The position numbers and the translations under genes were made by a program. A DNA stretch of 13,865 nucleotides, from the NCBI RefSeq assembly GCF_006345805.1, contig NW_021825883.1, positions 1 to 13,865 on the forward strand, read 5' to 3'. This document shows, in pieces, positions 1-8,270 of this stretch (position 1 is its first letter; every line of letters starts with the position of its first letter). Under the pieces are notes generated by a model that did no database searches, was not told where the DNA came from, and was given only the letters and a program-made list of their open reading frames with translations. Source of the DNA: Octopus sinensis (lineage: Eukaryota).

Positions 1-299
1 ATATTATTTAGTGTAAAACTACGGTCCTCTTATCTATAAAACTGACGTCTTATTTCCAGACAATAAACCTCACCTGTTCTCGTAAGGGCATTTCACCTAT
101 GGAGAAATTTTAACTCTTCAGATTATCTCCTCTTCACCAATGAAGCTAGCTTCAATTGCCATTTAGTAATGGAGGTTCATCTGCTGCAATCCGAAATAAT
201 TCTAATAAATCAGGAAATCTTCCTTGTATGGTATTTGACTATCCTGTTACCTGTGGGCAATTATCCTGTCGCTTTCTTTAATGGTGTGTCAGCTTTTGG

Positions 300-726
300 A
301 AGAACAAATCGAGCCAAGTACTTATTTTTTGCAAGCCTAAAACTTATTCTATCGGTCTCTATTGCCGAACCGCTAAACCACGGCGACGTAAACACACCAA
401 CATCGGTTCTACAGCGATGGTAGGGGGACAAACACAGATACACAAATACATACACGCACATCATACATACATACATACATACATACATCGGTGCCCCAGC
501 ATGGCCACAGCTCATTAGCTGAAACTGGAAAAATCAAAAATCAAAATCAAATACAAACATGCACACACACACACACATACGACGGCCTTCTTTCAGTTTC
601 GTCTACCAAACCGACTCACAAGGCTTTGGTCAACCCTAGCTATCGTAGAAGATGCCACCCAGTAGGATTGAACCCGGAACCATGTGGTTGGGAAGCAACC
701 TTCTTACCACACAGCCACTCATGCAC
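300..726 (-). mobile_element. tRNA-derived SINE copy A (diverged; same family as copy C), interrupted by a nested fragment
   Basis: The head has an A-box-like TGGCTGTGTGG (717-707) and a B-box-like GGTTCAATCC (674-665). The body aligns by eye with 2270-2652 (CTTATTCTATCGGTCTC, GCCGAACCGCTAA, CTCACAAGGCTTTGGTC). It lacks the 13-nt CACTTGCCCAAGG present in copy C. The 3' boundary is approximate. Confidence 0.85.
490..551 (+). mobile_element. 5'-truncated retroposon 3' end with (AAAATC)n tail, nested in SINE A
   Basis: GGTGCCCCAGCATGGCCACAGCTCATTAGCTGAAAC resembles the 3' end of SINE C read on its sense strand (GTACTTCAGCATGGCCGCAGTCAAATGACTGAAAC) but is in the opposite orientation. It is followed by three AAAATC-type units. 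Confidence 0.7.
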
Positions 727-727
727 T

Positions 728-798
<71 letters not shown>

Positions 799-1020
799 TG
801 TGTGTCTTTGTATTTGCTTGTTTCCCACCATTCTTTGACAACCAGTGTAGATTTGCTTAAGGCCCCCGTAACTTAGCGGTTCGGCAAATGGTATCAGATA
901 GAATACATGTACCAGACCTAAAAATCAAGACATACTGGGGACGATTCGTTCCCCTAACAATTCTTCAAGTCAATATACCAGCATGGGTAGAGTCTGACTA
1001 AAGAGGGAAATATAAAGAGG
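727..1020 (+). mobile_element. SINE copy B: 3' half only (GT linker + body), diverged
   Basis: After (AT)/(GT)n the sequence contains TTGACAACC, CCCCGTAACTTAGCGGTTCGGCAAA, GATAGAATA and CCAGCATGG. These match the reverse complement of 2230-2410. No tRNA head is present. Confidence 0.75.
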
Positions 1021-1404
1021 CGGGTTTCTTCGCCATGCTAGAAAGGTCTTTGAAAGATTCCGGGGGGAACTTTAAGATTTGTTATAGATGTTGGGCTGTT
1101 CTACAGAGTTGACCCCCCTTGTTACAACAAGAAGAACAATAATTGCGACAACACCAACAACAGCAACTAGCGCTTCAATAATCTATAGTTTTCCTGTCAA
1201 ACCTGCTGTAGGTTGGGGTATTTTGTAAGGTTCTCAAATGTCTTCCACTTCCTGTTTGTACAAATCTTCAAAGCCAGACTGACCCGTCCTCCACCCCATC
1301 TCCACCCCCCGTCTACCTTACAGTCCCACCTCTTCACAGCCCCACCCTCTCTTACAACCGTGTCAATTGAACATGACAAGTACCTTCTAAAGAGTTTTGA
1401 AAAT

Positions 1405-1844
1405 ATATTTTTCCTTGCCTTTCATTGGGTGTGTGTGAGTGTGTATTGTGTATATTGTGTGTGTATGAGACTGTGTGTATGGTTTTTGTGTGCGTGAGTT
1501 AGTGCATTTGTGTGCACATGTTGGCTTGCGGGTATTGTTGTTGTGCATGTATGCGTAACTATCGACCAATCATCTCCGTCTTCCCATTTCATGTTTATCA
1601 TTCAACTTTTGTCTTTCTCTTTCTTTCTCTTTCCTTTTGTGTTTGTGTATTTCGTATTTACAGATATAGACGTACATATGTACATGCACATTGCGGGTGT
1701 GTCTATATATGTGCGCGCACCCCCACCCCCACATATATATACACATATATAGATATACCTATGCAATTCTAAAAAGGTGTTTTGTATATTTACCCCAGCA
1801 TCCCCACTTACCTACGTTTCATCTATCAGATCTCGTCTCTCTCC

Positions 1845-1877
<33 letters not shown>

Positions 1878-1930
1878 TTGTATATATAATATAAATATAT
1901 AAATAAATATATATATATATATATATATAT

Positions 1931-1969
<39 letters not shown>

Positions 1970-1975
1970 TAATAA
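1405..1975. repeat. Degenerate (GT)n, (CT)n and (AT)n microsatellite cluster
   Basis: Directly visible runs, e.g. (CT)n 1835-1878 and (AT)n 1881-1970. Confidence 0.9.
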
Positions 1976-2053
1976 TTATTTGAGGGAATATTAATCCTAA
2001 CTTACAGGGAAAAAATTCAATTTAGAATACTAAATCAAATTTCGCAAAATAGA

Positions 2054-2156
2054 ATATATATATATAAAAATTAGAAAAAAAACACCCTTTATCAATTCAA
2101 AATGAACAATTAAATTACACCATCTAGAAAATTACATATAATAGAAACATTAAAAT
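2054..2156 (+). repeat. Left arm of ~100-bp inverted repeat
   Basis: Core 2085-2156 (CCCTTTATCAATTCAAAATGAACAATTAAATTACACCATCTAGAAAATTACATATAATAGAAACATTAAAAT) matches the reverse complement of 2678-2751 with two substitutions and one 2-nt indel. Confidence 0.9.
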
Positions 2157-2189
2157 AGAAATATTAAAAATAAAATAATATTATTAATC

Positions 2190-2652
2190 TCTTTCTTTAC
2201 TCTTTACTCTTTTACTCTTTTACTTGTTTCAGTCATTTGACTGCGGCCATGCTGAAGTACCGCCTTTAATCGAGCAACTCGACCCCGGGACTTATTCTTT
2301 TATAAGCCCAGTACTTATTCTATCAGTCTCTTTTGCCGAACCGCTAAGTAACGGGGATATAAACATACCAGCATCGGTTGTCAAGCAATGCTAGGGGGAC
2401 AAACACAGACACACAAACACACACACACGCATATATATATATATATATTATATATATATTATATATATATATATATATATACATATATACAACGGGATTC
2501 TTTCAGTTTCCGTCTACCAAATCCACTCACAAGGCTTTGGTCGGCCCGAGGCTATAGCAGAAGACACTTGCCCAAGGTGTCACGCAGAGGGACTGAACCC
2601 GGAACCATGTGGTTGGTAAACAAGCTACTTACCACACGGCCGCTCCTGCGCC
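2190..2652 (-). mobile_element. Full-length tRNA-derived CORE-like SINE copy C
   Basis: The head GGCGCAGGAGCGGCCGTGTGGTAAG...GGTTCCGGGTTCAGTCCC carries Pol III A/B boxes. It is followed by a CORE-like GACACCTTGGGCAAGTGTCTT, an internal (AT)/(GT) linker and a tail of GAGTAAAA-type repeats at 2190-2225. Confidence 0.9.
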
Positions 2653-2677
2653 TAATAAGTTTTAAAATTATTAATAA

Positions 2678-2780
2678 ATTTTAATATTTCTATTATATAT
2701 GTAATTTTCTAGATGGTGTAACTTAATTGTTCATTTTGAATTGATAAAGGGGGGGGGTCTTTTTCTAATTTATATATATT
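2678..2780 (-). repeat. Right arm of ~100-bp inverted repeat
   Basis: Reverse complement of 2054-2156; see left arm. Confidence 0.9.
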
Positions 2781-2990
2781 TCCATACATATCGACATACA
2801 CACACACTCGCACAAACACACACAAAATATATATACAAACACCACACACACACGCGTGCGCGGCATGTATGCATGCATACACAGCCATATCATACTCACG
2901 CATACGCATATATATTTATATACATATATACACCCCTTGCCCTCTCTCTCTCTCTTTCTCCCACTCTGTGTGCGTGTGTGTGTCTACACA
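2781..2990. repeat. Mixed (CA)/(AT)/(CT)/(GT) microsatellite
   Basis: Directly visible dinucleotide runs. Confidence 0.85.
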
Positions 2991-3138
2991 TTTGCTTATG
3001 TCTATCTACATGTCTATATGGTCACCGACTTTTGCATCTCGAACCCTTTTCACTAAATTTCTTCAAGCATAGTTCCTGGACGACCATATCAAACGTAGCG
3101 TTTCAAAAACCAATACTCTGTGATTTGAGGGAGATTTA

Positions 3139-3390
<252 letters not shown>

Positions 3391-3944
3391 TAACATTCTT
3401 CGCTACTCCTGCTAGTCGTGTCACAACTGGGGAAGTTTAGGAGTATTCTTTGCAGTTCCGCAGGCTTTTACCTTGTTTCTTGCTATTAAATAAGGACGTG
3501 GAATTTGTAATAATTCATTGACATATTCATGCCCATCTATATCTCTTCTAAACACCGAGTTCAATGATTTTGGCTAAGATTAATCCTGCAGTGTCAGATA
3601 TAACAACAGCAGCAGTTGGAGTAATAGCTAAGTTCCCAATAGTACCGAAGGAATACCGCCGCTACAGACAAAGTTAGACTTGCTACAATGTCCTTTAAGT
3701 TAGGGCTCTACAAACACACCTATACATTCTGTAATCCCTCTCTTCCTTCTTCTTTCACAACTAGAAGGGGCGAACGAACGTTTGTAGAATTTGTACAGCC
3801 AGAAAAGAAGCGAAATAACTGCGTGAGACAGATCGACTCACCATGTGAGACCAGAATTATTGATAAAGGGAAGATCGTCGGATAGGTTATTATGAAAGAA
3901 CCTTCCAACTATTCTCCAATGTATCACCGACAGTACATCAAGAA

Positions 3945-4097
3945 AATGATGATGATGATGAAGAAGAAGAAGAAGAAGAAGAAGAAGAAGATGAAGAAGA
4001 AGATGAAGAAGAAGAAGAAGAAGAACAACAACAACAACAACAACAACAAAAACAAAAACAACAAAAACAACAACAACAACAACAACAACAGCAGCAG
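3945..4097. repeat. Compound (GAT)n-(GAA)n-(CAA)n-(CAG)n microsatellite
   Basis: Directly visible. This explains the poly-K, N, L and C ORFs. Confidence 0.97.
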
Positions 4098-4098
4098 T

Positions 4099-4424
4099 GG
4101 AGGTACAATGGCCCAGTGGTTAGGGCAGCGGACTCGCGGTCGGAGTATCGTGGTTTCGATTCCCAGACTGGGCATTGTGTGTTAATTGAGCGAAAACATC
4201 TAAAGCTCCACGAGGCTCCAGAGGTGGGGGAGACCTGTTGTACTCTTTCGCTCCAACTTTCTCTCACTCTTTCTTCCTGTTTCTTGTCCCCGACTTCCTA
4301 CGCAACCGCTGAGCCTGGATGCGCATTCATCCATCCGTCGATGCTCTCGGTGTCGGGGGTTGACCTGTTTCCTCTTCTGCGGGTCTTACGAATAGCAAAG
4401 GATCACGTTTCGGACTTCTCCCAC
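4099..4424 (+). mobile_element. tRNA-derived SINE copy D (second family)
   Basis: Perfect A box TGGCCCAGTGG (4109-4119) and B-box-like GGTTTCGATTCCC (4152-4164). A non-repetitive body follows, inserted within a CAA/CAG simple repeat. The 3' boundary is approximate. Confidence 0.8.
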
Positions 4425-4756
4425 TAATGCAACAGCAACAGCAACAGCTGCAACAGTAATAATAGGAATGCAATTCAACAATGGAGTTTATTTCTGCTAG
4501 AAATAGCTACTGATTTTTTTCAATCCATATTACATAATGTGTCCCTATATCCTCCTAAAAAAGAGAATAGCTACGAATGGAATACTTTTGATTATTGGTC
4601 CGCTGGATCAGGACTGACTGGATCAGGAGTCACACAAACAGTGACTGAAACCACAAATGCAACAACAACAACAAAAACTACAACCAAAATGTAAACAACA
4701 ACGAGGAAAACATCATCACTGCAATAATAAAATAATTAATAAAGATCTCCGTAGGC

Positions 4757-5019
4757 GGAGCCGCATGGCTTAGTGGTTAGGCGTGATGGACTCAGGGTCG
4801 TAAGACTGTGGTTTCGATTCCTGGACTAAAACACTTCATTTCACGTTACTCCAGTTCATTCAGTTGGAAAAAATTAGTAACCCTGCGAAGGATCAACGTC
4901 CCGTCCAGGGTGGAAAATATTATATATATATATATATGCCAGTGAAACTGGGAAATTGGGAAACCGGGAGACGAGCCCTATGCTCCTTCCAGATAATTTG
5001 GACTAACCATCACGACTCC
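4757..5019 (+). mobile_element. tRNA-derived SINE copy E (third family; head related to copy D)
   Basis: A box TGGCTTAGTGG (4766-4776) and B-box-like GGTTTCGATTCCT (4810-4822), with the same spacing as copy D. It has an internal (AT)n, three GAAAYYGG-type units at 4944-4969 and a following (CAA)n that may be its tail. Confidence 0.7.
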
Positions 5020-5654
5020 AACAACAACAACAATAACAGTAGCAAAAAACAACTATTCAAATGAAGAACTCTTGGGGAAATGGAATATGTAACACAAGAT
5101 AATATGAAAGCACAAACAAGGATGGAAGACATAGATTCATTTCTCTCAGATTGTAAGAGATTAAGTTGAGAAATTTCAACTGAGGGCCACGTGAATAACG
5201 GTAACGAAATACTGAAAGGTCTCCCAGATGTGAAGTCTAGAAAGACGATATAGCCCATGTAATGCTAATGAGGCCATTTAGGGTAACCAAGAAAAAACAG
5301 AATGAGTTATTTACCCTAGATGGAAGATAAGTGGCTTCTCTGTATTTTTAATAACTTATAGGGACACGGTATTTTGTTTTAATACCCGGCCCAAATGCAG
5401 ATCCTGGATTTTTTGAAGCTCAACACCGAAAAACGTAAAACACAAGTCAATAAAACAAAACAACATATTTACATAGGGAAACTGTTAGGGGCCGCCGGAA
5501 GGATGCAGGGGCGTCAGACTCGGCCCCGGCAGCTGCAGTTGAGACTAGCTGCTCTAAATATAAGCTTATATTGACATTTTTCAGAAATTAATTAGAATTA
5601 ACGACCTTACAATCGTAAGCCGAATAGCCTAATCATAAAGTTACGCCTTGTTAC

Positions 5655-5786
5655 TATTACAACTATAACAAACACTACCACTACCAACACCACCTCTGCA
5701 ACCACTAACTTCACCACTGCAATCATTGCAACTATCTCCACATCTTTCCTACATATACATCACAACGATTACTATTACTACTACTA

Positions 5787-5853
<67 letters not shown>

Positions 5854-6655
5854 AAACCAACACTATAAACATAATCACCAAGAACACCACCACCACCACC
5901 ACCACCATCCACCACCAAAAACACTACCGCCACCACCACCACCTACGCCTCCATTACAACCACTACAAAGACGACATCCGCCAACACCACCACCATCACA
6001 ACAGAACCAAATGAAGCAACAACAAGCACCGTAGCAGCAAGTACAGCATGACCAAATGAAGCAACAGCAACAATAACTACAGCAGCAACAAGAACAACAG
6101 AAGCAAGAACAACAGCTGCTGCAGTTGCAACGAGTGACAAATGCATAGAAGGACGAGCAAAAGCAACAATTATAGAAATCAACAAGTGCAGTTTTGCAAG
6201 AACAACAACAACAACAACACCATCGTCCCTACCACCGCCGCCGCCGCTGCCGCGTCATCACGACAACAACAACAAACACCATTCGTAATTACTACCACCA
6301 CGGCCTCCACCACTGATACTACCATCATTGTTACCACCACGACTACCACCATTATCATCACCAATACTACTACCACAACAACAATAAAAAAACTGCCACT
6401 ATCACTGCTACCACTATTACCACTGCCACTACCACCCCTTGTGTCACTACTCCCACCGCCACCATCACACCTATCACAGCGATCACAACAACAATTACTA
6501 CCACCGCCAACACCACCGGCACCGTATCGACAGGAATTACTACCGCAACTGCCACTGTTATCATTACCACCACCACCACCACCACCAGTGCCACCACCAC
6601 CTCCACCACATCCACCTCCACCATCACCACCCACAACACCTGCGACTACACAAAA
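5655..6655. repeat. ~1-kb mosaic of degenerate trinucleotide repeats (ACT, ACC, AAC, GCT, AGC, GCC)
   Basis: Continuous A/C-rich triplet periodicity. This explains the T/P/H/V/G-rich ORFs in several frames. Confidence 0.92.
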
Positions 6656-6814
6656 ATAGTTGCAGTTCAACAAGTGCCTTTTCATGCATGTTCCCCCACC
6701 CCTACTGCACCCGTGCGTAGACACACGGGCTAGTTCTATAGGTATGGTCGCCGCTCCAGCCGCGACCTAGCATTAGGCCTTTATATACCACAGGAACTAA
6801 AAACAGAAGGACGA

Positions 6815-6985
6815 ATATATACATACTTACATGCATGCATACATACATACCAACATTTATGCATATATACATGCATGCATACAAACATACATATATACAT
6901 ATATGCATGCATACATACATGCATCCATGCATGCACACACATACATACATGCACACATACATATTTATGTATGTATGTATGTATG

Positions 6986-7042
<57 letters not shown>
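6815..7042. repeat. (ATAC/ATGC)n-(ATGT)n-(AT)n-(AG)n compound microsatellite
   Basis: Directly visible. Confidence 0.95.
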
Positions 7043-7043
<1 letters not shown>

Positions 7044-7326
7044 AATTCGGGGTGAGTACTTGATAATTGTAAGCACCTGTATACATTGAGAGAAGAACGA
7101 GATGGACGCTTCATTTTTATGCTGTTGCCGCATTATGTCGTACGCGCATGAGAGGATTTGCATCCCCAACCAAGAATTTTTGATGTAACACATGTCCTTG
7201 TGAAAGTTGTTGTGCGCGGCTGAAGAAGGCCACAGACATACATTATGCATTGTTATAAATCCGTCTAATAAAGGCCCGAAACATATGTACCGCTGAATCC
7301 TTGGCATCATGTTTTTATTTTGATTA

Positions 7327-7344
7327 ATATATATATATATATAT

Positions 7345-7433
<89 letters not shown>

Positions 7434-7480
7434 TATATACATATGGATTTTTACATATAAAGATATATGTATATATATAT
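7327..7480. repeat. (AT)n microsatellite
   Basis: Directly visible. Confidence 0.97.
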
Positions 7481-7648
7481 ACAAATAAGAAAATGGAGGA
7501 ACAGATTCCTTTCAATCATCGACTTACAGAAATTACCAATTCATATTTTTTATTAACTACTTAAATAGGAACATCCAAAGCCAACAGAATAAAACAATAT
7601 ACATCAGTAAGTAAGATAATACCATAAAAATAATACACATAAAATGGG

Positions 7649-7774
7649 TCTTACAGCTGTTTCAGCCTGTAGATAAAGGTATCTCATTGTGCCTATATTA
7701 GTCAGATGTATTGAGGTAATATGCAATTAAAAATGAGTTACTTATATATATATATCTCAAGGCCTCATCAGAGA
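7649..7774 (-). ncRNA. Minimal type I hammerhead ribozyme motif (Penelope-like-element type) with enlarged loop II
   Basis: Minus strand: stem I UCU (7774-7772), CUGAUGA (7771-7765), stem II GGCCU (7764-7760), ~90-nt insert, AGGCU (7668-7664), GAAA (7663-7660), C-AGCU-G helix III, cleavage triplet GUA (7654-7652), stem I' AGA (7651-7649). The helix III region ACAGCUGU is a perfect palindrome. Confidence 0.8.
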
Positions 7775-7845
7775 TTATAAAGTACAATTATAAAAGTATA
7801 CAAATGCAAATATAAATATGAAACAAAATACACATAAACAAGAAT

Positions 7846-7864
7846 CTATCTATCTATCTATCTA

Positions 7865-7905
<41 letters not shown>

Positions 7906-8090
7906 CATATACATATATACATATATATAAGTATATATATATAATAATAACATACACATAAGGTTACAGATAATTAAATATATATAATGGAGTATACATA
8001 TACATCCACATCAATGGGTACATATATATGTACAACTTTATATGTACATATATATTTGCAACTTTATATATATATATATATATATATACA
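7846..8090. repeat. (ATCT)n-(AT)n and degenerate AT/AC repeats
   Basis: Directly visible. Confidence 0.9.
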
Positions 8091-8220
8091 AAGTCCAAAT
8101 TTCATTACATTACATTACCAAAACTATTAATATTATTATTATTATAAATAAATAATACCAATATTGGAATATGTGGATTCTGCTATTCTCAATACATGGT
8201 AGATGGAAAATACCACATAA

Positions 8221-8270
8221 AATATAGTATAATATAATACAGTGTAATATATAATATAGTATAACATAAT
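8221..8270 (-). repeat. Degenerate (ATTAT)n-like tail abutting the RTE 3' end
   Basis: The minus strand reads ATTATGTTATACTATATTATATATTACACTGTATTATATTATACTATATT directly after GAAGGACGAAC. RTE elements typically end in short tandem repeats. The boundary with host AT-rich DNA is uncertain. Confidence 0.5.

Noticed and set aside
49-100. Possible micro-exons on either strand (plus 60-81; minus 95-73)
   Set aside because: Too short to evaluate, mutually conflicting, and such signals arise by chance.
4099-4170. Possible tRNA genes at SINE heads (also 650-726, 2585-2652, 4757-4825)
   Set aside because: A/B boxes are present, but there is no complete cloverleaf or acceptor stem, and each continues into a SINE body.
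3892-4267. Poly-Lys/Asn, poly-Leu/Phe and poly-Cys/Ser ORFs
   Set aside because: They are translations of a compound microsatellite plus a SINE head.
4603-4628. 11-bp direct repeat CTGGATCAGGA x2
   Set aside because: Only two copies with a 4-nt spacer. This is a local duplication, not a CRISPR-like array.
5264-5300. CTAATGAGGCC...GAAAAAACAG, a possible second hammerhead
   Set aside because: The core is mutated (CUAAUGA), with no helix II partner and no GAAAC-loop-GUH module.
5488-5560. HDV-like fold on the plus strand (GGGGCCG/CGGCCCC-GG-stem-CTAA)
   Set aside because: No pyrimidine-rich L3, P3 or P2 pairing can be formed on this strand.
5726-6724. Mucin-like or Pro/His/Gly-rich ORFs of 80-181 aa
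   Set aside because: Several frames on both strands are open simply because the triplet repeats lack stops. No domain or splice support.
7046-7057. Perfect donor-like G|GTGAGT
   Set aside because: It is preceded directly by (AT)n(AG)n repeats, so there is no plausible exon body.
6702-7310. 202-aa minus-strand ORF
   Set aside because: The middle third is dinucleotide/tetranucleotide repeat. The unique ends give no recognisable protein motif.
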